From the NCBI RefSeq assembly GCF_009914755.1, contig NC_060930.1: DNA of 64,000 nt. One strand, written 5' to 3'. This stretch comes from the human T2T-CHM13v2.0 reference genome, Homo sapiens. This document shows positions 21,809 to 36,892 of the stretch, in pieces; within the stretch, counting starts at the first letter, position 1, and each line of letters opens with the position of its first letter. Both the position numbers and the translations under genes were made by a program. The notes beneath the pieces were generated by a model. The model saw only the letters and a program-made list of their open reading frames with translations. It did not search any database and was not told where the DNA came from.

Positions 21809-24431
21809 TTAGACAGTGTAAGTTCCATCGATAGTAAGAATAAGCAGTTCAAAGTAAGGAAGGCATGATGTGTCATAATTTATCTCATGGCCTTGGCGTC
21901 TAACATTTTCAACATGGATTCATTGTTTTGACCAGTGCCTTATGTACAAACAATAAGAACACTCTCCAGGTTAAGAGTAAGACAGAGTCTTTATCATTTT
22001 ATAATTTTATATGTCCTCAATGCCAAGCTTAGCACTCAGTAATAACTAAGTGCCCAATTCTTATTTTGAGTGTTGTCTTTCTGCTTAGCTGTACATCAGT
22101 CTTGAGGGGGAGAAATAACATAATTCAATTAGCACATTATCATGGATTAGAGCTCTTGAACTTTGAGAAAGGAAGATTCAGGACAGTTAGAGTCAACAGA
22201 GAAAAAGGGAAAAGAAGCATCTTAACGGTATCAAACCTGACATTATATTCAGGTGGAAGGGACATGACTACTGAAAGGCAAAAAAAGCATGCTAAAAGTA
22301 GAGTACCAGAGTACAGAAAGAAAAGGCAACTGTTTAACACTTTTTATCTAATGCAACTTGATTTTTGCCCCAGGCCCCCAAGATGGTGTCTGTTAGAGTG
22401 ATGCCGACCAAAGGGATACCTGTCATGAATGTGAAATGCTGCAGATTGCAAGGAATGGAAAACCTAGATGATGGATAAGGAGCTTGGCTGTTCTTTGTTT
22501 GCCTTTGGCATCAAGTCTTTGGGAGATGAAAAGGTTTCTCCAAAGCTGGCTTTGGGCAAGTGGTGCCTTGTGTAGGAATTTATCTTTCAATGGATTTCAA
22601 ATCCTTACCTTTACTTGGTCTTTAACTCTTTTAGTTTCTATATAACTTAATTATTTAATTTATTTTTTTGAAATAAATTTTTTTTACCTTCATAATTTTT
22701 TGACTGCTCTATTAGTTTTTTAAGTTTCTTTTTTTGAAGGATGCAGTAATGGCTAAAGCCCATCTCTCTCTTTCTCTCATTATTTTTTCTTATATGATTA
22801 AAACAATGTCAAAGGCTGTAGAATATGGATTACAAATTTTTATTTCACACAAGAGCCATTCTTATACTCATCTCAAATGTTACTCTTCCCAGTTGGTGTA
22901 AAACTGGAGCGATATGAATGATCAAAATTTTAATGTTGTTCAAATCCAATTTCAAATTTATTTTTAGGTACTTCAAGTTTCTTCTCCACCTTTATTCAGG
23001 TGATGCAGGTGTTCAAATGTAGCAACCTTTTCCCATCATCTGCTTAGTTCACCACACAGTATCTCCTCACATTTTGGAAAATAATTGCTACAATATTGAT
23101 GACATAATTATAGCTATAACTTCTAATAAACAGCATTAACCTGTATTAGACATGCACAGGGTGGCTTCTCAAAGGATTGGATGTAATTGGATTCATTGAA
23201 AAAACCTGGTTACTTTAGTGATAAAACATATAAGTCACTATTCTTCCTCTTTGCTAAGGACAAATCTGTAATAGTATTATGCATATCCACTCCACATTGT
23301 GGTTTACATTTAATTTTGCACTTTCTCTGGGAAGTTTCTGATAGCAGTGATACGGAGTTCATAATACTGGATGAAATAAAAATGTCTGGGGGTGTCTAAA
23401 GCATCTTATTATTATGTCATGATTCCCAATGAAGGAATTTGGGGGATTTATAGAGATTGGATAAAAAGATATTTAGATTTTTTCCTAATTTAATTAATAT
23501 GTTTGAGCCTTTTCTCTCTTTTCCCCATGATAATAATTTGGAATTATTTAGTACAATATACTAAAAAATATTAGTAATACAAATTGTAAAGTGAAACTTT
23601 ATTGTTAATATGTAACTTCTTTCCTATAATTATTGAGGTAGAAATTTAGCCTTTTTTTTCAGTTATGATGCATTTAATTCAGCATATTTCACAGAAGCTA
23701 TTCATTTAACTTAGGGGATCAATAGAGAATGCTTTCATTATTGCAATAAGAAAAAATTGTTAAATGGTATAAAACCTAAGATTTTAGAAGAAATCATTAT
23801 TATTACCTATATTCCATTATGAGGTTAATAATGAAAACTTAGGTGAACTGACAAAAACACCATGATGGATATTCTGAAGGGTAATTTTCCTAAACCTCAG
23901 TGCACACTAACCTGGCCCACAGCAATTAGAGAAGCGGAGCACTTAGCCAAGACACCCTACTGCCATCAAGCAACCAGGAATGGCAGCAAGCAGTGGTACC
24001 TGTAAAGAATGACATGAGTCAAAACCCAGAAAACAAACAATGTTAGACACTGTGTACAAAGGACTTCATCATTTGTACACAAAGCCTCATCATTGTTTGG
24101 AGATTCATACTCCTATATACTTGGTGATAACATGGAACCATGAGGCTTTCAGTTTTCAGTTATTGTTGATCTCTCAGAGATTAAAACAATAATGATACAT
24201 CAAAATAAGCTCTGAAATATTTGCAATTTCAAAAATAGAAATATTTTAGGAACATAACTTATTGTATTTTAGCCAAGCATATTTATAATTATTCATCTGT
24301 ATGCTGACCAGTTCCTGTCAAAATGGAAGGCTAAGCTGGTGTGAAAGTTTAGCCTCCCATGTAAATGCAGAAATGCTCGATAAAACATAAGTAATCCCTG
24401 GATGCCATAAATGAAGTGGGACTTCCAAGTT

Positions 24432-24808
24432 TGTATTAGCCCATTTTCATACTGCTATAAAGAACTGTCTGAGACTGGGTAATTTATAAAGAAAAGAGGT
24501 TTAATTGAGTCGCAGTTCTGCATGGCTTGGGAAGCCTCAGGAAACTTATAATCATGGGAGAAAATGAAGGAGAAGCAAGGACTTTCTTCACATGGTGGCG
24601 AGAGAGAGAAGTGTAGGCAAGAGCAAACAACCCCTTATAAAAACCATCAGCTTTTGTGAGAACTCACTCTCCATCATGAGATCAGCATGGGGGAACTGCC
24701 CTCATGATCCAATCACTTCCCACCAGTTCCTGCCCTCAACATGTGGGGATTATGTGGATTATAATTCAAGATACGATTTGGGTGGGGACACAAAGCCTGA
24801 CCATATCA
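24432..24808 (-). mobile_element. THE1 (THE1D-like) MaLR solo LTR
   Basis: tgtattagccc...gagactgggtaatttataaagaaaagagg...ccatatca; 5-bp TSD aagtt/aggtt. Confidence 0.9.
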
Positions 24809-25682
24809 AGGTTAGAATACTGAAAAGAACCTAAAGTTCTTGTAGAACATGTGTGCATCAGACCCTAGGTGCCAGGACCCGAGAGCTTAGGTTCTAACTT
24901 TCACTGTGTAACAAGTTTAAGACCTATATGGGAATCTATTGCATAATTCTATAACCTACAAGGCCATATTGACCATGAAGCATGAAAAAGAAAAAAGATA
25001 ATTTAAAAAATAATCCCTACCCTACATTCTTGGGTGATAAGAAAAAGTCACCCATGAGAAAACAGGACTCCAAACCTATGACAATGTGGGGATTATGTGA
25101 TAATGTGGGGATCTGCCATCTAGAGATTTAGGAAAATCAGGATGAGGCAATAAAATGGTAACTGGTCCAGAACCTGTGCAACTCCTAAGGCCCCCATGAG
25201 GGCAAATGTACTGCAGGGATGGTTTCTAAACCAGGGCTTCTTGGATATCTAAAGAAATCCAAATTACCAAAATTACTCAAAATAGAAAATAAAAAGCACA
25301 CAAAATAACTAAAGAACATCATGAGGGAGGGACATGACAGAGAATCAGCAAATACAAGCAACATGGTATTTAACGAGGGGGGACTATAACAAATCTGGAA
25401 AAATACCATATAAATATATTTAAAACATTAAACATTATAATGTGTTATAGATATTATAAGACAAGCTTTGAAAAAGAACCAAGTAAAACTTCTAGAAGTG
25501 AAAAGTCAATTATTAAGACGTTAACTTCAATTGCCATGTTAAACATACTAACATGCAGTTAAAGAAAAATAAGTTAACTATCAGGCTTATATGCAAAAAC
25601 CATCCAGAATACAGTATAAAGTGACAAAAATATAAAAACGAGTTTGAGATAAATGGGAGAGGATTTCAGAAGGCCCAAAATA

Positions 25683-26631
<949 letters not shown>

Positions 26632-27079
26632 TATATTTAATAGAAGATCAATAACTAGAGCTTAGATATAATGGGAGAAAGGCAGCATTTGAAGAGATAG
26701 TCATGTAGGATTTTTCAGAAGATATGCATACTCAGAATAAAAGAACATACCAAGACCCCCAAAACACAAGAAAAAGAAATCTACACCAAGGCACATCATA
26801 GTGAAATTACAGAATATCACGGAGGTAAACTTTAAATGTTAATCAAATTTGAAGACAGAAGATCCTCCAAGTTACAACATTTATGCCAACAACAACAAAA
26901 GCCAGAGTCTGTGGGACAGCATCTGCAAAAGACAGAAATGCTACTACCCTGGAATTCTGCGTCCAGTTGGACTGTCACTCAAGAATGAGAACATGATAAA
27001 AACATTTTCAGACAACATCCAAGACAGTAAGGCCTGAAAAAACCACAAAAACCTTTACTTTAGTAAGAAGGAAACTAGG

Positions 27080-27262
27080 GAGCAGGGGGAAATGGGAAGT
27101 TACTAATCAACATGAAGTTTCAGTTAAACAAGATGAATAAATTCTAGACATTTGCCATACAACATTGCACCTATAGCCAACAATACTGTATTATGCACTT
27201 ACAAACATGTTCAAATTACAGATTTCATGTTAAATGTTCTTACGACAATAACATTTTTAAAA
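27080..27262 (+). mobile_element. L1MA/MB 3'-end fragment
   Basis: gtttcagttaaacaagatgaataaattctagac...caatactgtattatgcactt. Confidence 0.65.
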
Positions 27263-27842
27263 ATGAAAGAAACTAAATCCAGATGAAAGGGTTGAAATAT
27301 AGGAGCCAATGACAAACAATATTAATCTGCTCTTTAATTTAAACAATTCTAAAAACCAAGTCATTTTTATTCTCAAATCATAAAAACTTTGTTATGCTTT
27401 TCTTTTTATATAACAATACTTTAAAGAAATATCTGTTATTTGTTTCAATTTGCTTTAAATAAATAGAAATAGCAACGATGCTGGTATGTTTGATTAAAAT
27501 GTGAAGAATACAAAGAATGAAATGTTAGGTAACCTTGAAGAAGTTTTGATGTCATGATATAATGCTTATGTTAAGAAAATGAGAAAGAAAAGCAGCATAT
27601 AAACATCATATTCACTATTATGTAGGCTGAATAAAAATACATAGGAAAAATATTTATGGCTATGTACCAAAAATATTAAAAATCATTTCTTTGGTGGCAT
27701 AAGGATATTTTTCCTTTTCTTTATACTTTTCAAAATCCTATCATGGACATATAATAATAAACAAACTTCAAAATACTTAAACACATACATATTTTAATAA
27801 ATTATGAGTTTCACTAATAAATGCCATGTTTATGTTTTGCAG

Positions 27843-27887
27843 GCAAATCTCTCCTCACCATCTTCTACAGTATCTGAGAGTCAGCTG
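27843..27887 (+). CDS. MLIP: MLIP internal coding microexon (45 nt, phase 0/0): ANLSSPSSTVSESQL
   Basis: Branch-like CACTAAT at 27812, acceptor tatgttttgcAG, donor GTATGT. In frame with the flanking exons. Confidence 0.9.
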
Positions 27888-28311
27888 GTATGTATCTTCT
27901 AAGTCACAGATCTACTGCAAATTCTGATCTCTCAAGAGAGCTTTACCTGAGTAAAAGTGAAAAAAAGAATACATTTACTATATATATTTTTATTCACTTA
28001 CTTGTCTAATAACATTTTACTGATATTTTCCAAAAGCTCCATGGTGGTTGTTTTGCAGGTGACAAACATACGTAAAACTATACATAGACCTTACTTGCTA
28101 GTAACTTACATCCAAGTAGAGGCATTAGAAGAGATTGTGAGGTCAGATGAAAGATGCCATTAGAATTTAGAGAAGAGAGCACACTCTTTAAAGGAAGAGA
28201 TCTAAAAAGAGTTTAAGGAGAAGGTCATGATTGAGTAGGATAGTTTTTGGATTTGAGGAAATAAGAAATAGATATGTCACACAGGAGAATTAGCATGCAA
28301 ATGGTCTAGAT

Positions 28312-28616
28312 CAGTGCTGAGCAATACAAACACAACGTGAATGACAAATGTAAGCCACATATGTAATTTTAAAACTTCTAGTACCCATATTAAAAAAGTA
28401 AAATGGAACAGGTAATGTTAATTTTCATAAAATATTTTATTTAATGTTATATAAATATTATCATTTCAATGGATAAGCAGTATAAAAATCGAGATATTTT
28501 TACATTACTTTTTTTGGGAAAAGTCTTTGAACTATTGCATATTTTACATTTACAGCAAATCTCAATTCTGCCTAGTCACAAGAGCTCAACAGTGGGGACT
28601 ACATTGGGCAGCACAG
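28312..28616. mobile_element. MER33 (hAT-Charlie) DNA transposon
   Basis: cagtgctgagcaata...gccacatatgtaattttaaaacttctagt...attgggcagcacag. Confidence 0.75.
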
Positions 28617-28733
28617 ATCCAGACTCTAAAATCTGTTATTTGAAGATAAAATTTGATTAAATGAGAGAATTATTTTATCTTATAGAGTTTTGTATTTCTT
28701 ATGCTTACAGTGGTTACCAAATTGAAGTCATGA

Positions 28734-29067
<334 letters not shown>

Positions 29068-29670
29068 AAAGATTTTCTTAATATCTTTGGCTATTTATTG
29101 TCTAAAATTGTAAATTCCTGAATAATAGATATCTTCACTAAAATGATGGAAATTTCTAGTAAAACAGTTTGAAACATTAACTGATATTCCCCTTTTAAAG
29201 AAATTGTTTTGGTATCCTATAGCCACAGCCAACAAATCATCTTGTCATTATTATCCCAATAAAAATAATTACAATATATTTATTTGTAATACTGAGAAAT
29301 CATAAAAAGTGTTGTTTGACTTTTAAAATAGCTTGATTCAATCAATCCACTTGGGTATACTGGTGTTTCTACATATAGTGTGTATATGGCATGTGTTTGA
29401 ATATGTGTGTGCATTAGTGTCAATTGGTTTAGAACAGTGTGTGTGTGGGGGGGCAATATAGTATAGTTGAAAGAATCTGGGATGAGTATCAGAAGACCCA
29501 CCTTATACTTCCTGCTCTGACATTAACTAGTGGTCTGACAGTGGGTAAGTCAAAAGTCCGGGAGTCTGGATTTCAATTTCTTAATTGAAAGTGAGAGCAT
29601 TCTATTGCGTACTTTCCAAGCCCTTCCAGGGCTGTGAATCTATGGTTACTAACACAGTGAAGTTGAAGGA

Positions 29671-29684
29671 GTTGCCATGGAAAC
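29671..29684. promoter_or_regulatory. RFX X-box motif GTTGCCATGGAAAC
   Basis: Close match to the RFX palindromic consensus; function not shown. Confidence 0.5.
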
Positions 29685-32600
29685 AAGCACTGCAATAACA
29701 TAATGAGGTTGAATGACTTCCCACTTTAGATATGGAAATATTACTACAATTATTTTAGTATTTAAAATGATATATTTGTTTATTTAGAGTAATATATGGA
29801 AATGAATGTTTTAAACATTCTCATATATAGTTTCACTCAGTATAGTATATAAAATATAGATTTTAGGTGTTGGACTATATATACATGTGTAGGTGTGTAT
29901 TTTACATACATGTAAGTTCTTGGTTTAATCCTTTAAGAAATTATTTCAAAGTGGCAAATATATATATGTGTATATATATATATAATGATTTTATAAAATA
30001 AGATATAGTAAAACAACTCTTTGTGAATGTAATAAAAAAAACTTACTTTTTGCCCAATAAAATAATCCTGTTGTTTGTGTTCTCTAGTGGCAAAACTACA
30101 AAGCATTGCTTTGAATGACTTTTATAATAATTTCTCTGCATTTACTTAAGTCCTTTTCTCTAAGGAGTTCAAGGCATTTCTTAACCAAGTTTTAAATTAA
30201 GTTTTAATCTCAAAATGCCCTTGAGATACAGGTAGGTTTGTGAAGGGATTATTATCAAGTAAGCATATCACATTAAAAAAAAATCTCTTCTACTGATATG
30301 TTTATTTTATTCAATAATTTTGGTTTCTATTTCATGTCGTTAGCCCTGTGTTTATATTAATACTACCCGAGAGTGAAATAAATAGTGGAAAATGATTGTA
30401 TGTAAGACATGTTATAGGACATGTACTTCACTAAGGATTTAGAATATTTTTACACTTAAGTAACACTATTTATAAAGTTATAATTTTTTCATTTTTATGA
30501 ATGAATTTTCAATATTTGCCATCACGAACTCTTTAAGTTCTGAATAATATGAGTAAATAAGAATGTCTTTGATAAACAAAACTTTGATATATATATTTAT
30601 ATTTTTATATATGTATGTGTTTATAATATGCATACACATATAGATGACATATGAGGTAATTCTGATTGTTTATATATACACATCTTTGTTTATATGAGTA
30701 AATATGTATGGATGTATAACGCATAAAAACAAAGTTATTGGAAATGTATGATACTTTATAGTTGAATTATATAAACAAATATTTGTTTTGTGTAAAACAA
30801 ACTAAATAGTTAAAATTATTTGACTCCTATTTTAGGAGGTAAATGTAGTAAATGTTTTGAACAGAAAATATATGACAAAGTGCTATGGTACCACAAGCTT
30901 AATGCAATTCTCAAATTGCTTTTGAGATTTAACTTTTTAACGATACATCATTTTTTCATGCTTTCAAATTTTTAACTTGGCTGATCTGTTTGCTTGCTTT
31001 TATTGCAAGTGTGCCAATTCAGAATTGAAAAGGAAAGAAGAAATAGAGCCATGACCCTTACTCTTAAAATATTTCCGTTGTTTACTCTGGAAGCCAAATG
31101 ATTTAGAGGAGCTTGGGAGACTGTTTTGGAGGTTCATGTGAAGCTAGTTCACCAATCTTAGCTTCTCTTCTACTATTAAACTGCACTGCAGTCGATCAGA
31201 ACTGGAAAGGAAATTAGAGATGAAAATATTGGAAATTCCCACCTATTCACTGGAGATTGGAATAACGACTCTGTCAGCCTGAAGGGATTATTGTGAGGCT
31301 CACATATCATAAAATGTGGAGTTGTCAGTATACTCCTATGGATAGGGAGAGGTTATTTTTGCACATAAAATCTGTGAATGATGAAGAGATATTATGAGCA
31401 GCCATTTTTACAGAAAAAGAAAGAAATGCTTATGTAGTTAAATAGATTATCTAGGATCACCAGCATTAGTGTTCATCCTTGCTTTATGTAGTTTTGGAAA
31501 ATGAATCATTAATATTGATTTTAGATAATTCAAGGAAAATAAGAAAAGAGTAATTAAGGAGTTTGGAAACAGGGCCTCACTGGAAGCATTACTTTCACTG
31601 GGTACCTCCTGTGTCTGACTCTGCCTCGTGTTTTTGCACTGCCTGGAAAATGTGAGTACTTACCTAAGAGGAGACTGGGTAGGGTCAGTTAGAGTACTGA
31701 AGTTTTCACAGCTGTGAATAGTGCTTCCTGTAGCATATTAAAAGGAGCAAGAGGAAAGGAAAGATCTAGGGTCTGCGTTAAACCTTCACAAAGCTTTCCT
31801 AGCTGTTGAGCTGAATCATCACAAAGATATTAACAAAGGCCAGCGGGGTCTTTTTCCCTGCATAAGATAACACACAAGTTAGGCACCCCAAGGTAGCTAA
31901 ACCCTGGTCTTCTTTGGCAGTAGGGGAGCCTGGTTTAGATGACATTTGCCTTTTGCTTTTGAAATTTCATGCCGTTACAAAATGTTCACTGTTGTCCAGG
32001 ATGGAATACTTAATCTAAAGAGCACAAAACAATAGATTTTAAAAATAAGTCACATGGCTATATACAGGTAAAAGCAAGATGCTATTTACTGGAACACTAT
32101 TAAGAAGAGTGCTTAAACTTGCAAATACTTTGTTCCTAGTTCTGAATGCCAGCTGATGCATCCAGCTTTAGCGGTGCATGACTCATCTTTCTGAGGGCCC
32201 TTTTAAGGCCTCTGTTGTTCAGAAAATGCAGCCCTGAAAGCTTTTATGTAGAACCGATGTCTCCTTCAAGCTCAAAGGCAGTTTCTCCTTGACCAGTTTT
32301 TCCTTGACATAACGTACTTAAGTGCCACAGCATTTATCAGGTACGCCTCCTCAGGTTTGAGTCATGCTATCATCTTTTATTTAACCATTGAAATATTTCA
32401 ATCTGGCCAATCTGTATTGTGTATATTTCATGAAATGGTTCTTGAGCCATGAGATACTGCCAATAATTATTGAGGTCTTATGTGCATTTATTTTTATACA
32501 ACTATTGTAATCATTATAAAACTTTTTTTTGGAAAAACACATCAAGTAGGTACTTTTGTGAATGGTCTAGATCATTTAGAATCAACATGCCATATTTATA

Positions 32601-34149
32601 ATTGCAAAGTATATATTCTGTTTTACTTTCAAATTTATTTTATGCTGTTTTTTCTTTATCAAGTTTTGTCATGCATATTATCTCATTAGGTTCTCGAATC
32701 ACCTTGGAGTTAGTATGGCAGGAATTGTTATTTCCATTATTCTGATGAAAAAACTGAAGTTTAAATATCTAGAATGCCATGTCAATAGTTGCGTGGTAAT
32801 AAGTGGTATAAAAATCTCTTTTGTTTTTTCCAATATTGGGAGCTTTACCCTATGCCATAGTGTTTTGAGATTTAAGATATTTGTTTGAGGGGAAAACATA
32901 GCTTGAGTATTTGCTTCAAGTATATAATAATGTTTGTTTAAAACAAGAATTAGGGTCTATAAATCTGTATTATCTGAATGAGTAAATCAGGTAAATAATC
33001 TAGAGAATATTGCTTTTGCCCACAATTTTGCCTGGTAGAATATATTGAGTTTGCACAAACTTTTTTGCCATGGAAATTCTAAAGGCAAAGAAAAAAGCAC
33101 TGGAGAATGAAGACAAAACTGCAGCAAATGGGTCAAAAACAACCATGGCACTTTCACAAACTCTTTGAGCCCATAAAATTAGTAGAATTTCCAGCCAGAC
33201 TCACAGAATTTGCTATATGTTGTTTTGTCACTTTCTTGCAGTTTTGTTACACATCTTATCTCTCCAGAAAGATTAAAATAAACTCTTGAAAGCTGGCACC
33301 CTGTCCTTTATTTCTTTTTTGCTTTATCACACCACCCGAGAGCTTATTACTATAGTCAAAGGCAATTAAAAAACATCAGTCCATTAGTGTTAGTTGAAGT
33401 TACTAGTTTAAGAAAGATTTTGCTGTAAAAACCCATTATTTAAAAATATTGGTCATGGATTCTCTAGGTCAGCGCTGGTAGTTAATCTCCAACTTTGGTC
33501 TCTAGCTCAGAGGCTGTACCAACTTGCTGTCATAGAATTATAAGTTCCAAAGGATGGAAATAGTATCTATTTACATAGTGCCCAAAGTGACAATGTTCAA
33601 GTATGAGTGTATACCTGATAGATTATAAACACAAATCAATAGCAGGCTTAGACGAGTGTCTTATAGCCCATTAAAACCTGCCACTGGGCTTCGGGGAGCC
33701 CATATATTCACTCCCTTGGATTTTTTTCTGTCCCCAAGACTAATGTTAGCATCAGATATAATATCCTCTTCTCCTCCCCACTCTCCACTCTTGAATTCTC
33801 TAAAAAAGATGACATCATTGTGTTTTGGTATTAAGAGTTTTATTGCATATCACCATGAACAGAGGGAGAAAAACAAGAATTTATTTTAAATGAAGAAGAT
33901 TAAAATCGTGTAAAGTCCCTAAAGAAGTGGCCTTTTTCCTTGACTTTCTGAAGATGAGAACTTTGGCTTTCTACTCTTTCTTCTGAGGGTGAAACTCACC
34001 AACCCACTTTCCTTCTTCTCATCCTCTATTGGAAAAATGCCATATGGCTCTTCTATCCCTCAAAGTTCCCTCTTTGTGAATTATATTGTGATCAAAAAGC
34101 CAATTCAAGAAAAATAATGGAAGACCTCAAGGAGTCAATCAGCACCTTT

Positions 34150-34591
34150 TTTTAAAAAAAAGAAGTTATTTTAAGTTCCAGGGTACATGTGCATGACGTG
34201 CAGGTTTGTTACATAGGTAAAAATGTGCCATGGTGATTTGCTGCACCTATCAAACCATCACTTCTGTATTAAGCCCAGCATGAATTAGCATATTTTCCTA
34301 ATGCTTTCCCTCCTCGCCCACAACAGGCCTCTGTGTGTTGTTCCCTAACATGTGTTCATGAGTTCTCTTTGTTCGGCCCCCACTTATAGTGAGAACATGC
34401 AGTGTTGGGTTTTCTGTTCCTGCATTAGTTTGATGAGGATAATGGCTTCCAGCTCCATTCATGTCCCTGCAAATGACATGATCTCATTCCTTTTTATGGC
34501 TTCATAGTATTCCATGGTGTATATGTACCACATTTTCTTTATCTGGTCTATCATTGATGGGCACTTGGGTTGATTCCATGTCTTTGCATTG
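34150..34591 (-). mobile_element. L1PA 3'-end fragment
   Basis: gggtacatgtgcatgacgtgcaggtttgttacatagg...; TSD aatcag(c/t)acct at 34137 and 34592. Confidence 0.88.
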
Positions 34592-34659
34592 AATCAGTAC
34601 CTCTTATAGACTCCATATTGAATTATAGTCAGCACACTGAGCTTCTGTCTGTCAATTAA

Positions 34660-35225
34660 CTTATTCATTCTGCAAGTATTTATTGAGCACCAACCAGGTA
34701 CAGGCACCATTCTAGATGTTGGAGATACAAGAGTGAATAAACCGAAGATCTCTGGTTTCACAGAACTTACATTCTAGTTGAGAAAGAAAGACAATAAACA
34801 CAAACAGATGTCAGGTAGTGGTAACTGCTGTGGAGAAAATAAAGCAGGTAAGAGAGGTGGAGATTGCTATTTTATATGGCTCATTAAAAAGATCTGTCTG
34901 ATAAGGTGATGTTTAAACGGACATTTGAAAAACTGAAAAAGAAGGAATAAGGGAGTTCCAGACAAGGGAAGAGCAAATACAAACTCCTGGAGGAGGCAGT
35001 ATCATATAATGTGTAAGCTAGAGTAGAAACAGTGAAGGGGTGGAAGGGAGAGTACTAGGAAATAAGATTGGAAAAAGAGAGGCTGGTTAGGGATATGAAA
35101 GATCAGGTCATACAGCACCCTTGTAGGCATTGCTTTGTAGGCACTACCAGGGCTTTGAACTTTACTCTCAGTAAAAAGGTGAGGCATTAGAGAGCTTTCA
35201 GAGGAGAGTTGACATGACTTGATGT
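34660..35225 (-). mobile_element. L2a fragment
   Basis: Reversed L2 tail attcattctgcaagtatttattgagcacc and L2 body. Confidence 0.75.
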
Positions 35226-36098
35226 AGAACTGACGGACATCATTTAGGAGATGAGTGACATGACTCGACTTATACTGTGGTTATCTTATGATTTATTCAA
35301 CAGGATTGTGCACCCTCTGAAAACAGGGGGTATGTCTTTTTTTTATCTCTATAGACACTATAGTTCCTGACACAGACTAGATCTTAACTGGCAAAATGTC
35401 TCCAGTGAACATCTGGTAGAGGTGTGTTTCAGAGTTGCAAAACAGCTATTTGTCTTTCAGGCACTTCAAAAATGTCTATACCCAGTGTAAATCAGTTCTC
35501 AGTACATTCATGAATTGATATTTTCGATTTGGAGAATCTTCTCATTTTTTTTCTTGTGCCCTTTGTGCTGGCTATGAGAGTCATTACGTTTTTTATTTTT
35601 CCACATAGGCTGGAAAGAAAATTACAAAACTGCTTTTTCTGGCATCATTAGACGGCCATTTGCACCTATCAATCATGAGTCTGACTATTCTATGGATTCT
35701 ATAGTAGATAAAAATGAAAGAAGGGCCTCTTAAGGCTAGTTTAGTTGTAATATTGCTGAACAATGACAATCTTACAGTAGTTCAGTTTTATAGACTCCCC
35801 TAACTTGATAGATCTAATTTCCTCTGTGTTTGTTTGGACACAGATGTAACAAATTAAATTGTTCAGAATTAGAGAAGTTGTTCAAGAGAACCTTTACTTG
35901 AAGTCCAAAGGTATCAGCAAAGATCACTACACACAAAGATGCAATGTAGATGAGGAATTAATAAAGCATAGTCTGTTTTAAAGCCTCTCCTTCAGTCTGG
36001 AGACAGAAGACAAGGCCAAATGGGTGTCTCTGGAATGATAGACTTAGAAAGATCTATCTCTACATGAGCAGCACATTTTAATGTATTGAGTTCAAGTC

Positions 36099-36262
36099 TA
36101 GTGTCTTTCAACTTTTAATGTGTACATGAATCGCTTAGGGATTTGTAAAAATGCAGATTCGGATTCAGTAGGCTTAGGTCGGGCACTGAGCTTTGGCACT
36201 CATAACAGGTTCTCAGGTGATGCTGATACTGGTCTACAGCCTTCATTCTAAGGGTCAAAGTG
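36099..36262. mobile_element. MER5A
   Basis: aaaatgcagattcggattcagtagg...aacaggttctcaggtgatgctgat. Confidence 0.8.
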
Positions 36263-36836
36263 CTAGCAGACAATGTCTTAATTGGATAGAACATTAGTTA
36301 ACTTTCTGTTGCAAATGTAGATTGCATCACCATTTGACATTGTGAAACAAGGTATGAGGAAGAATTGAGGGGAAGTTAACTAATATTCCAAGAGAGACTT
36401 ATGTGTGATGGCAACAGTGCCAGTTGCTTCACATATGCTGTTTTATAGACTTTCTAAGTGGCACTTTGAGACCCTTGTTTGGGTGATGGGTTTGAATATG
36501 CAGAAACAAGCCCTTTGCTGTAACTCTGTGTGGTATAATTCCTGAGGGGTCGGAAAGGTAAGTAATAAAGTGTGTCATTACCCATTATTAAAGGACATAG
36601 TCATGTATTAGAATTACAACCCTTCAACAGAAGGTCTACACAGGTTGAATGGCTTTTCCAAGGTAATACAGTTTATTAACAACATTGCAAAAACTAAAAT
36701 CTATGTCCATGTTTCTCTCCTTCTACAATATTATGCTACTTCATGAGAGTAAATTTTTAACCAAATCCAGAGACACAGTGGGAATTTGATGTCTTGGCCA
36801 TGCAAATTATGGAGTATTTTAGGAGGTGGTGAAGAG

Positions 36837-36849
36837 GTGTGTGTGTCTG

Positions 36850-36880
<31 letters not shown>

Positions 36881-36892
36881 TTGTGTGTGTGT
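36837..36892 (+). repeat. Imperfect (TG)n microsatellite
   Basis: Directly visible. Confidence 0.95.

Noticed and set aside
24741-25112. 16-mer ATGTGGGGATTATGTG shared between the THE1 LTR and 25084
   Set aside because: Too short to distinguish a templated copy from chance.
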